DNA from: Planctomycetota bacterium
GTDB taxonomy: Bacteria > Planctomycetota > PLA2 > JAEUHO01
Length of the DNA: 16,678 nt
NCBI GenBank assembly: GCA_050248855.1
Contig: JBFWRP010000047.1
Coordinates: 1 to 16,678 of the forward strand
Direction of reading: 5' to 3'
This document shows positions 7,314 to 15,940 of this stretch, one piece after another. The translations under genes were made by a program, and so were the position numbers. The notes under the pieces are model-generated. The model did not search any database. It was not told the DNA's origin and saw only the letters and a list, made by a program, of their open reading frames with translations. The number at the start of each line of letters is the position of its first letter. Positions within the stretch are counted from its first letter, which is position 1.

Positions 7314-10300
7314 GGTGCAGCTTCCACGAGCCGGGCGGGAGGCCGGTGAGGGACCACGTAGCGTCTTCGCGGAGGCGCGTGTAGGTCGAGACACCCAGCT
7401 CGTTGGAGGCCATGATCCAGAGGTGGGCGGCATCTCCCGCTTCGAGGCCCTCGACGCGACCGTCGATGGTTCCGCCCGGGAGCAGTCCGATGGTGACGAG
7501 CTCGCGACCGTCGACACCGGCCAGGTGGCCGTAGTGGCTGGCCCCCGTGCCGACGACCCACAGATCCCAGTCCCTGCCGTCATCGGGGAGGGGCAGCGAG
7601 AACGAGCCGTCGGCCTCGACCGAGGCGGTAGGCGCCGGCCCCTTGTCGAGGCCCTTGGCGGGGCCCTTGGCGAGGGCGCGGACGGCGTAGAGCTTGTAGG
7701 GAGGACGTCCACCCGACAGCTGCCCCGCGAGAGTGCGCACCGCCGGGAGTCGCACCTCCACGCTGCGCGCACCCGCCTCCGCCTGCACCTGCGCGATCAG
7801 GGTGTGCTGATGGTTGCGGTGGGCCCGCACGCTTGCCGTTCCCGGTGCGAGCCCACGTACCTCGAACGCGCCGTCGGCCCCACTGACGAGGTTTACGCTC
7901 TGCCGCCCGCTGTCCGTGACGTACACGGGAGATCCCTCCACGCCCTGTCCGGCGGCGTCCACGACGCGTCCCGCGAGCACCAGGCCTCCGTCGGCGTGCA
8001 GCACGACATCCCGCGCACCGACGGGCACGTCCTTCCGCTCGACCGACATGCGCGCGACGCCTGCCTCCCGCCGGCTCGCAGCGGTGAGCTGGATCGTCAC
8101 CACGCCACGGTCCGGAAGTCCGCCCAGGACGAAGCTGCCGTCAGGCTCGACCTGGGCATGCGCCCAGCCTTGCTTGCCGTCCGTGTTCCAGTTCGCGCTG
8201 ATCCCCGATGACTCGGGCGCGCTGTCGCCCCAGTCCACGCGCCCCCGGATCGTGCCGCCCCGCTCCAGGCGGATCACGGTCTCCGTGTCGCCGATCGGCA
8301 CCTCGTAGCCGTCGTTCACCTGGCGGTAGCCCGGCACCTGCACGTGGACGCGGATCGTGCCTTCGCTGGCGAGGTTGCCGAACCGGACACGCCCGTCGGG
8401 GGGAATCTGGACGTAGCTGCCCCCCGCGACGTCACGTGCCCAGCCACTCGCAAGCGGCTCGCCCTCGTCGCCGACGATGCGCAGCAGGGCCTGGCCGCTG
8501 GCCTCCAGGCGCACGACGATGGGCCCGGCCGCCACCTCCTCGGCGGTCACGGCGTGCTCGGGGGCCCGCAGGGCGAGCGCCTGACCGTCCGCGTCGCAGA
8601 TGTTGCCCACCTGGATCTGGTAGGGAGGGTCGGTGGTCGCCAGGACGCGGAAGGTCCCGCCTACGACCAACGTCCCGCCGCCGTAGCCCATGGGGTACAC
8701 CACGTTTCGGGTCGTGGAGGAGCTGCTCACCGACACGGTGCAGAGCGGCACCGGCGTCCCGTCCGGCTGGAGCACCCGCCCCACGAGGACGTTCTGCACC
8801 TGACGCCGCATGCGCACCATCACGGGTCCCGTGGACGGCACCTGGACGGCGCTCGCTTGGGGTGTCCAGCTTGCATCCCCCCCCGTCAGCGAGACGGAGT
8901 ACGTGCCCGCGGCCACGTTCTGGAGCGTGGCTTTCCCCTCTGCGTCCGTCGTTCCGCTCGTCCACCCCCCCTCGTGGCCCTGCAGCGTGAAGGTCTGATC
9001 GGCCAGCGGCCGCGACTCCTTCTCGTCCACGAGCACGAGGACCAGCTCGTGGCCGCTACCGACGAGCAGCTCGACGTCCTCGACGACCGATCCTGCTTCG
9101 GGCGCAGCGACCTGCTTCCGCACACGCTCGCCGGTGCCCGTAACGTAGGCGGTGATCTGCTGGGCGACAGCCGGCAAGCCCTTCAGCTCGAAGCGCCCTT
9201 CCGCATCGGTCTTCGCTTTGCGCTGGACGGACGGGTAGGTGCGTTGGTCGGTGCTCGAGTTGTTGAGGATGGCGTCGGCCACGGGCTCGCGTTCGGAGCC
9301 TCGCAGGACGCGGCCGCGCACCGTACCGCCCCGCTCGACGACCAGACGGATCTCGGCCGGAGCGCCTCCCTCCTCCAACCGGATCGCCTCGCAGTAGCGC
9401 GACGCGCCCTCTTCGGCCACGGCCCCGAGGACGACCTCGCTACCGGGCGGGCGCGCAAGCCGGAAGCGTCCCTCGGCATCGGACGTGGCCACGGGCGCCA
9501 TCGAGTAGTAGCCCGGGCTCATCCCCCACTGCCACATGGCCTGATGGACGTTGCTGCTGCTCGGCCCCCGGTGGATGCGGGCGTCTGCAACAGGTCGCCC
9601 CTCGTGGTCGACGACGATCCCCTGGAGGACGGCGCCCGGCTGCATGACGAGATCCCGCTCGACCTCGGCACCCGGTTCCAGCAGGACGAAGGTGGCCTCG
9701 GCGGGGGGTGGCGATCCCGCGGACGCGAGATCGACGGCCGCGTGGAACCACTCGGCATGCGTGGCGTACAGCAGGTGCCGCCCCAGGGGCACGCCCTCGA
9801 TGCGGTAGCGCCCCGCCGCATCGCTGACCCCCTCGAGCAGCATCCAGCCCATTCGGTTCTGGGCGCCCTGGGCCAGCATGAGGCGCACCGTGGCCCCGTC
9901 GAGGCCCGCGCCGCCCGCGCCCGCGCGCACGACGCCGTGGACCACGCCACCGGCCTGCAACGTCACGCGGAGCTTCGCGGGCTGGGCCGCGGACAAAGCA
10001 AGCGGCGCCCACTCGGCCAACGGCGTGCGCTCGTCGTGCCTCAGCCATGGCGGCGCTTCGACACCGACGCTGGCCACCGCGCCCGTGGGCGCCAGGAAGC
10101 GGGCGCTGCCCTCGACCCCGGTCTCGGCGAGCAGCGTGACACTCCAGGCATCCCGCGTCGTGACCTGCACCACGGCGCCCGCGACGGGCGAGCCGCCGGG
10201 ATCCACGACCGTGACGTCGAGCTCCGCATCGAGCAAGGGAACGACGATCTCCAGGGGCTTCGCGGAGGGCACCTCGTGACCGCGGCTGGCGAGGACGACC

Positions 10301-11055
10301 TGGGAGCCCAGACGCACCGAGAGGTGCAGGGGGCCCGCGGGCGCGTACACGACGAAGCGACCCTCCCCGTCGCTTTCGACGCGCTCTCCACGCCATCCGC
10401 TGGAGCCCGAGAGGCCATTGGGCGTCAAGCTCGCGACGACACCCCGGCCGTTCGTGTCGACGACGCGACCCTCGACCTCGACGAGGTCCCGGAGCCGCAG
10501 GGTGACGTCGTCGGGGGACTTGTCCGCCTCCACCTCGACGTGCGCCCGTGCGCCGCCCACGGGGAGCTCGGGATGTGCCTCGACGTAGTAGTAGCCGGGT
10601 CCACGCGACTCCAGACGTGCGCGTCCGTCGCTGCCCGTACGTCCCTCGGCCCGGACCTCCTCGCCGAAGGGATCGTCCAGGCGCTCGAGTGAACGCCGCA
10701 GCCGATGGCGCTGCCACTCGGCGTACGCCCGACGGCTCGCCGGGTCGTACCCCTGGTAGTCCCAACGTGGCTGCGAGAAGCGCAGCGTCACGCGAACGTC
10801 CGGGGCAGGTCGTCCCTCGACGTCGAGCACCAGCACGGAGACGCCCCACGGGTGGCCGGTGGCGACCTCGTCCTCGGGCGCCGCGCGACCCCGCGCGATC
10901 AGCGTGGGCCCCGTCGTCATGTCGGCTACGGGGCCCGCGGAGCTGCCGATGTCGTCGAGTGCGTCGGGAGCGCCTCCACGCTGGTCGCCCATCACCATCC
11001 ACACGCCGAAGCCGAGCGCGGCCACGACCAACGCCAGCAGGACCCCTCGTGCCAT
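7228..11055 (-). CDS. CarboxypepD_reg repeat protein, paralog A, 1275 aa, about 13 modules
   Basis: GGAGG RBS lies 6 nt before the ATG. N-terminal hydrophobic helix (MARGVLLALVVAALGFGVWMVM). About 13 repeats such as VEGRVVDTNGRGV, LQGIVVDHEGRPVADA and TDAEGRFELKGLP. Confidence 0.9.
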   Translation of the reverse strand: MARGVLLALVVAALGFGVWMVMGDQRGGAPDALDDIGSSAGPVADMTTGPTLIARGRAAPEDEVATGHPWGVSVLVLDVEGRPAPDVRVTLRFSQPRWDYQGYDPASRRAYAEWQRHRLRRSLERLDDPFGEEVRAEGRTGSDGRARLESRGPGYYYVEAHPELPVGGARAHVEVEADKSPDDVTLRLRDLVEVEGRVVDTNGRGVVASLTPNGLSGSSGWRGERVESDGEGRFVVYAPAGPLHLSVRLGSQVVLASRGHEVPSAKPLEIVVPLLDAELDVTVVDPGGSPVAGAVVQVTTRDAWSVTLLAETGVEGSARFLAPTGAVASVGVEAPPWLRHDERTPLAEWAPLALSAAQPAKLRVTLQAGGVVHGVVRAGAGGAGLDGATVRLMLAQGAQNRMGWMLLEGVSDAAGRYRIEGVPLGRHLLYATHAEWFHAAVDLASAGSPPPAEATFVLLEPGAEVERDLVMQPGAVLQGIVVDHEGRPVADARIHRGPSSSNVHQAMWQWGMSPGYYSMAPVATSDAEGRFRLARPPGSEVVLGAVAEEGASRYCEAIRLEEGGAPAEIRLVVERGGTVRGRVLRGSEREPVADAILNNSSTDQRTYPSVQRKAKTDAEGRFELKGLPAVAQQITAYVTGTGERVRKQVAAPEAGSVVEDVELLVGSGHELVLVLVDEKESRPLADQTFTLQGHEGGWTSGTTDAEGKATLQNVAAGTYSVSLTGGDASWTPQASAVQVPSTGPVMVRMRRQVQNVLVGRVLQPDGTPVPLCTVSVSSSSTTRNVVYPMGYGGGTLVVGGTFRVLATTDPPYQIQVGNICDADGQALALRAPEHAVTAEEVAAGPIVVRLEASGQALLRIVGDEGEPLASGWARDVAGGSYVQIPPDGRVRFGNLASEGTIRVHVQVPGYRQVNDGYEVPIGDTETVIRLERGGTIRGRVDWGDSAPESSGISANWNTDGKQGWAHAQVEPDGSFVLGGLPDRGVVTIQLTAASRREAGVARMSVERKDVPVGARDVVLHADGGLVLAGRVVDAAGQGVEGSPVYVTDSGRQSVNLVSGADGAFEVRGLAPGTASVRAHRNHQHTLIAQVQAEAGARSVEVRLPAVRTLAGQLSGGRPPYKLYAVRALAKGPAKGLDKGPAPTASVEADGSFSLPLPDDGRDWDLWVVGTGASHYGHLAGVDGRELVTIGLLPGGTIDGRVEGLEAGDAAHLWIMASNELGVSTYTRLREDATWSLTGLPPGSWKLHLSGRGGYKIEPLEGIENGTTGLVVRASK

Positions 11056-11079
11056 GCGCGTCCTCCACCTAGAGAGTAG

Positions 11080-11105
11080 GACGACGAGGGGGGCGAGTGG
11101 TTTGC
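11080..11105 (-). promoter_or_regulatory. Candidate ECF-sigma promoter GCAAAC-N16-CGTC upstream of the paralog array
   Basis: Lies in the 57-bp gap between the GT4 stop and paralog A. The AAC and CGT cores with 16-nt spacing resemble the SigW-type TGAAAC-N16-CGTA consensus. Motif match only. Confidence 0.45.
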
Positions 11106-11112
11106 GGGGTCT

Positions 11113-12276
11113 CTAGCGGGCTCCCACGTGGTGGAGGTGGGCCTCGAACGTGTCGACGATGGCCTCCCAGGAGCGGGGGAGCATGGCCTTCCGGGCCGCT
11201 TGGCCACGGGCGCGGAGCTCCTCGAGCGGGGTCAGGAGGGCCTCGAGGGCGGCCCGTTGCCACGTCGGGTGGTCCTCCGCGTCAACCCGCCAGCCATGGA
11301 CGCCATCGAGGAGAACCTCGCGGGCGGCCCCGCGTCCGACGGCCACGGCCGGCAGGCCCGAGGCCATCGCCTCCTGCAAGACGTTGCCGAACGTCTCGGT
11401 ACGGCTGGGAAACAGGAACAGGTCGGCACTGGCATAGGCACGTGCGAGGTCCTCGCCGCGGCGCACGCCGGTGAAGTGCACGTACGGCGTGCCCGCGAGC
11501 CGTGCGCGGTCGGGACCGTCGCCGACCAGCACGAGGGTGGCCGGGACGCCACGCTCCCGGGCCCGCGCCACGGCGTCCGCGGCGTCGTCCCAGTCCTTCT
11601 CCGGTGCCAAGCGGCCGACCCCCAACGCGACGAGGGCACCCGGCTCGATGCCCCACGACGCGCGCTCGACCTCCGAGCGCTTCGCGGGATCGAAGAGCTG
11701 CGTGTCGACGCCGCGCCCGAGCACGGCGAGCCCTGGCAGGTGGTAGGCCGCGAGGCCTCGCGCCAGGCTCGCCGTGGGCACCAGCGTCGACCGCGCGCGG
11801 CGATGGAAGCGCGTCAGCCAGGCACGCGCGAAGCGCGTGAGGCCCCCTGCCCCGTAGCGGCCGACGTACGCGTCAAAGCGCGTGTGCCAGGACGACGTCA
11901 CGGGGATGCCCCGGTCGCGCGCCCACCCAAGCGCGATGTGGCCCAGCGCCGTCTCCGTCGCCACGTGCACGCGGTCGGGCGCGCGGCGGGCGAGAACGCG
12001 CCGCCAGCTGCCAGCCCAGGGCCAGGCCAAGCGCACCTCGGGGTACGTGGGCAGGGGCAGCGAGGGCAGCACGATCTCGTGCTCGTCGATGGTCGCGTGC
12101 CATGGGCGGCGGGGCGCGGGATCTTCGGGACGGCGCGGCCGGACGACCGTCACGTCGTGCCCGCGTGCCCGCAATCCGTCGACCAAGCGACCCAACGTCA
12201 TCGCGACGCCGTTCACCTCGGGCGAGAACGTGTCCGTCACGAGGGCGAGCCGGAGACGGCTCGACGTGCGGATCAC
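11113..12276 (-). CDS. GT4-family retaining glycosyltransferase (MgtA/PimB/Agt-like), 387 aa
   Basis: GTG start overlaps the PAP2 stop (GTGA, 12273-12276). N-terminal LALVTDTFSPEVNGVA, plus GVGRLAPEK and the E-x7-E motif FPSRTETFGNVLQEAMASGLP. Confidence 0.92.
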   Translation of the reverse strand: MIRTSSRLRLALVTDTFSPEVNGVAMTLGRLVDGLRARGHDVTVVRPRRPEDPAPRRPWHATIDEHEIVLPSLPLPTYPEVRLAWPWAGSWRRVLARRAPDRVHVATETALGHIALGWARDRGIPVTSSWHTRFDAYVGRYGAGGLTRFARAWLTRFHRRARSTLVPTASLARGLAAYHLPGLAVLGRGVDTQLFDPAKRSEVERASWGIEPGALVALGVGRLAPEKDWDDAADAVARARERGVPATLVLVGDGPDRARLAGTPYVHFTGVRRGEDLARAYASADLFLFPSRTETFGNVLQEAMASGLPAVAVGRGAAREVLLDGVHGWRVDAEDHPTWQRAALEALLTPLEELRARGQAARKAMLPRSWEAIVDTFEAHLHHVGAR

Positions 12277-12818
12277 GCGAGCAGCAGCATCCCGGCCTGG
12301 CCCAGGCCCCAGCCGATCAGCGCGCCGACGAGGACGTCGCTCACGTAGTGCAGACCCAGCACGACGCGCGACATCGCGACGAGCGCCGTGAAGGGAACGA
12401 GCAGCCAGGCCAGCTCGGGCACGCCGGCCAGCGCCACGACCGTGAACGACACGGCATGCAGCGTATGACCCGAGGGGAAGCTGAACTCGTCCAGCGGCGG
12501 CACGCTGACCAGCACGCCGTCGTGGCGCACCATGGGGCGAGGCCGCCGGCAGGCACGCTTCAGGACCTTGTAGAGCGACGTGGCAACCAGGCCGGTGGCG
12601 GCCATGGCCACGGCCGTGATGCGCCCGCGGTCGCCCCCCACCGCCGCCAGCGTGCCCATCAGCACGTACCAGAACACGCCGTCGCCCAAGCGGCTGACCG
12701 TGGCGAACACGATGCGCACGGCGTCCCATCGGCTGCAGGCATTGACCCGCAAGCAGGCCCGGGCTTCCCAGCCGGCCAGGCGGTCGAACGCGCGAGCAAG
12801 GCCCGTGGCGTCTGCCAT
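12273..12818 (-). CDS. PAP2-family membrane lipid phosphatase, 181 aa
   Basis: All three PAP2 motifs are present: K-x6-RP (KRACRRPRP), PSGH and SR-x5-H-x3-D (SRVVLGLHYVSD). Several hydrophobic helices and a GAGG RBS. Confidence 0.95.
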   Translation of the reverse strand: MADATGLARAFDRLAGWEARACLRVNACSRWDAVRIVFATVSRLGDGVFWYVLMGTLAAVGGDRGRITAVAMAATGLVATSLYKVLKRACRRPRPMVRHDGVLVSVPPLDEFSFPSGHTLHAVSFTVVALAGVPELAWLLVPFTALVAMSRVVLGLHYVSDVLVGALIGWGLGQAGMLLLA

Positions 12819-12833
12819 GCCCTCGTGTATCGC

Positions 12834-14414
12834 CTACGCGTGCAAGGATCGTGCTGCGACTCGCGTGGCCGGTTCGTGAAGATGGCGGGCCGCGAGCCAC
12901 GCCCGGAAGGCCTCGTGGCGCGCCGGCGCAAGCACGCGGGGCACCTTGTTCTGGCCGCCCAGGCGGCCGTCCTCGCGCATCCAGTCGAAGAACGTGCCCG
13001 GCGGCAGGGCGACGATCTCGGGGAGCCCCAGCCCCTGGCCCCCGGCGCGGTGGGCGCTGTAGTCCTCGTTGCCGCCGGCCACGGAGCCGTCCACGAGCGT
13101 CGCCATGCGTTCGAGATCGGGCGGCACCTCGCCCTCCACCTCGACGTACCAGACGTGGCGGCCGTGCGGGTCGCCATCGCGCGGGTACAGGGCCCCGACA
13201 GCGTGTTCGTGGGTCTTGAGCTGGAGCTCGGTCGCCGCGACGTGGACGGCGCGGTCGATCTCGCCGACGGAGACGTGCTCGCCGAACCCGTTCATCATCT
13301 GCGCGAGGCGGCCGGCGAACACCAGCCGACGCGGCAGGCCGGGCTCGAAGCGCACGAGGTCGCCCACGAGGTAGGCCCATTGGCCGGCGTTGGTCGTGAG
13401 CGCCAGCGCGTAGTCCACGCCGGGCTCGGCATCCTCCAGACCGAGGCGGCGCGGCGAGGCGTCGGCCACGTCCCCCGCCGGCACCAGCTCGAAGTACGCA
13501 CTGCGATCCAGGACGGGCAGCATCGCGCCGGGAACGTCCTCGATGCCCAGCATCCCGCCTTCCGTGGCGGAGTACGTCTCGATCAAGCGGATCGGACGGC
13601 CGTCGGGGCGCGTGCCGAGCACCTGGTGCATGCGGTCGGCGTAGGGTGCGAACGACGTTCCCCCGTGCACGACCACCGACAGGTTGGGCCACACGTCGAC
13701 GAGCGTCGCGTGCGGGCGCCCGGCCTGCTTGGCGAGCGCCAGCACGTGGTCCGCGAACAAGAGCAACCACGACGGGATGCCGCCGAGCAGGCGCACGTCC
13801 GCGTCGAGGGCTTCGGCGGCCGCCCGCGGCAGCTTCGCGTCCCACGACGCGATGGCCGCCACCTCGGCCGAGGGCGTGTGCAGCCGGCGCACGAGACGCG
13901 GCATGCGCTGGGCGAGGATCCCGGTGTGGTCCCCGATCTGGATCCCGCCCTCCTCGCGGAGCGCCGTGGCTCCTCCGAGGAACAGCAGCTTGCCGTCGAA
14001 GATGTCCGTGCCGCCGTCGGCGAGATGCGGCACGAGGGCGTCCAGCGCCCCCTTGCGGTTGGTCCTGAGCGTGGCCGCCGTGAGCGGAAGGTACTTCTCG
14101 CCCGACGTCGTTCCGCTGCTGAGGCCGAACGTGCGCGTCCGCCCGGGCCACGTCAGGTCGGCCTCGCCGCGGCGCTCGCGATCCCACCAACGCGCCATGC
14201 GCGCGTAGTCGGAAAGGGGCACGTGCCTGCGGAAGTCGGCCACGCTGCGGATGCGACGAAAGCCGTGCAGCGTGCCGAACTCGGTATGCGCCGCGGCACG
14301 CAGGAAGCGCTTGAGGAGGGCGCCCTGCGCCGCCTCCGGCGACGTCGCCATGCGGCGCATGGCCGCCAGGCGCCGACGGGCCCAGACCCCGGCCATGCGG
14401 CTCACGACGAACAT
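12834..14414 (-). CDS. GH3-family (auxin-responsive GH3-like) acyl-acid amido synthetase, 526 aa
   Basis: Adenylation motifs SSGTTSGEKYLP, ETYSATEG and WAYLVGDLV, and C-terminal LGGQNKVPR. The ATG at 14414 has a GAGGAG RBS and overlaps the GMC gene end by 13 nt. Confidence 0.92.
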   Translation of the reverse strand: MFVVSRMAGVWARRRLAAMRRMATSPEAAQGALLKRFLRAAAHTEFGTLHGFRRIRSVADFRRHVPLSDYARMARWWDRERRGEADLTWPGRTRTFGLSSGTTSGEKYLPLTAATLRTNRKGALDALVPHLADGGTDIFDGKLLFLGGATALREEGGIQIGDHTGILAQRMPRLVRRLHTPSAEVAAIASWDAKLPRAAAEALDADVRLLGGIPSWLLLFADHVLALAKQAGRPHATLVDVWPNLSVVVHGGTSFAPYADRMHQVLGTRPDGRPIRLIETYSATEGGMLGIEDVPGAMLPVLDRSAYFELVPAGDVADASPRRLGLEDAEPGVDYALALTTNAGQWAYLVGDLVRFEPGLPRRLVFAGRLAQMMNGFGEHVSVGEIDRAVHVAATELQLKTHEHAVGALYPRDGDPHGRHVWYVEVEGEVPPDLERMATLVDGSVAGGNEDYSAHRAGGQGLGLPEIVALPPGTFFDWMREDGRLGGQNKVPRVLAPARHEAFRAWLAARHLHEPATRVAARSLHA

Positions 14415-15940
14415 GCGACGTGCTCCTCGCGCGCGACCCCGACCGCGCGGGCCGGCGGCGACGGAGGCGAGCCCGGCGGCTCGCTCGGCGGCAGGCCCCA
14501 GCGGGTGGCGACGGCGTCGGCCACCGCCATCACGGTCAGCTGCGGGTTCACCTCGACGCAGGAGGGGAACACGCTGGCGTCCACGACGAACAGACCGCGC
14601 ACGCCGTGGACTTCGAGGCGCTCGTCCACGACCGACGTGCGGGGGTCGGCGCCCGCGACGGCCCCCCCTTGCGGGTGGGCCGTGCCCAGGCCGGGCACGT
14701 CCTTCGGCGCACGGATGCGCGCGATGGCGGCAGGCAGCTCGTCGAGGTGCTCGACAGAGGAGCCGTGGTGCAGCGGTACGAACACGCGACGCGCGCCGCC
14801 GGCGAGGTACACGCGCGCGAGCCGGTCGAACCCGCGCCGCAACGTGGCCAGCACGGACGCCTCGGCCTGGTAGAGCACGTCGGCCCGCGGGACCCTCGCC
14901 AGCCGGCCAAGGCGGCCGAGCACGACGCGCGCCGACATCGGCGTGGGCACCAGGACACCGGCGCTCGTGAGGTGGCGGTAGCGGCCCGTGCGCTCGTGGT
15001 GGTGCTCGGAGCGACCGGGCACCGTCAGCGCGAACGTCATGGGCGGGTTGTGCACCTGCTCGAGGGCGAAGCCGTCGGCCTTGTGCCACCAGCCCATCTG
15101 GTCGCCGAGGAACGCGTCAAGCGGCGCGTCCATCTCGGCCACCAGGATCGATCCCACGTGCATGCCCATGCGGCGGCCCGCGGCCGGACCCCCCAGACGC
15201 GAGCGCAGCAGCAGCTCGGGGCTGCCGATGGCGCCGCCGGCGACGACGACACGCTCCGCGCAGAGGCGCACGGTCTGGTCGCGTTCGACGTCGTGCGCCA
15301 CCACGGCGTGCACGCGACCCCGTCGCGCCTCGATCTTGAGGACGTCATGGCGGGCGCGGACGTCGACGCCGGTGGCCTCGGCCCACGGGATCCACGTGCG
15401 CGCGGCATCCTGCTTGCGCCCGTACGGACAGCCCATGTTGCAGTAGCCGCAGCCCAGGCAGCCGCGCAGGTTCTTGTGGAAGCGCTGCACGTCAAGGCCC
15501 AAGGCGTCGAAGCCGCGCAGGGCGGGCTCGGTGCCGGGGTTCAGGTGCACGGGCGACATGGGCTTGACGCCGAGAGCGCCCTCGACGCGCTCGTAGGCGG
15601 TCTGCAGCTCACCGCGGCCGAGGCCGAAGCCCTCCGTGGCCCAGCGCCGCCGTACGGACTCGGGCATGCGGAAGCACACGCCGTTGGTGAGGACCGTGCT
15701 GCCGCCGACGACGCTGCCTTGGAGCAGGAGCATGTCGAGGTCCGCCGTGAGCTGCGCGCCGCCCTCCTTGTAGAGGCGCGCCAGCATGGCCAGCTCGTCG
15801 TGGCTCTGGGCCTCGGGCGGCAGACGGCGGCCACGCTCGAGCACCACGGTGCGCGCCCCGGCGGCCCCCAGGCGGTATGCGGTGACCGCCCCGCCCGCGC
15901 CGCTGCCGATCACCACGGCATCGACGCGCTCTTCACGCAT
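14402..15940 (-). CDS. GMC-family FAD oxidoreductase (long-chain alcohol oxidase-like type), 512 aa
   Basis: VVIGSGAGG dinucleotide fold, VVGGST, CLGCGYCNMGCP, AGGAIGSPELLLRS, catalytic-region TAHPQGG and VVDASVFP...VNPQLT. Confidence 0.94.
   Translation of the reverse strand: MREERVDAVVIGSGAGGAVTAYRLGAAGARTVVLERGRRLPPEAQSHDELAMLARLYKEGGAQLTADLDMLLLQGSVVGGSTVLTNGVCFRMPESVRRRWATEGFGLGRGELQTAYERVEGALGVKPMSPVHLNPGTEPALRGFDALGLDVQRFHKNLRGCLGCGYCNMGCPYGRKQDAARTWIPWAEATGVDVRARHDVLKIEARRGRVHAVVAHDVERDQTVRLCAERVVVAGGAIGSPELLLRSRLGGPAAGRRMGMHVGSILVAEMDAPLDAFLGDQMGWWHKADGFALEQVHNPPMTFALTVPGRSEHHHERTGRYRHLTSAGVLVPTPMSARVVLGRLGRLARVPRADVLYQAEASVLATLRRGFDRLARVYLAGGARRVFVPLHHGSSVEHLDELPAAIARIRAPKDVPGLGTAHPQGGAVAGADPRTSVVDERLEVHGVRGLFVVDASVFPSCVEVNPQLTVMAVADAVATRWGLPPSEPPGSPPSPPARAVGVAREEHVACSS

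Noticed and set aside
3379..7370. Diversity-generating retroelement TR/VR pair at the C-termini of A and B
   Set aside because: The copies are identical, flanking mismatches are not adenine-specific, both copies are coding, and no reverse transcriptase is in the window.
7226..7561. N-terminal extension of paralog B to 7561 in the ORF track
   Set aside because: It overlaps paralog A in another frame and is Arg/Pro-rich noise. Homology places the start at 7195 (or 7225).
7636..7672. Short tandem duplication encoding AKGPAKGLDKGPA in paralog A (GGCCCTTGGCG twice, 12-bp period)
   Set aside because: An in-frame loop micro-duplication with too few copies to suggest phase variation.
12277..15089. 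1025-aa GT4 and 751-aa GH3 ORFs as fusions or frameshift products
   Set aside because: The extensions are off-frame readings of upstream genes. Good coupled starts exist at 12276 and 14414, and I see no slippery site.
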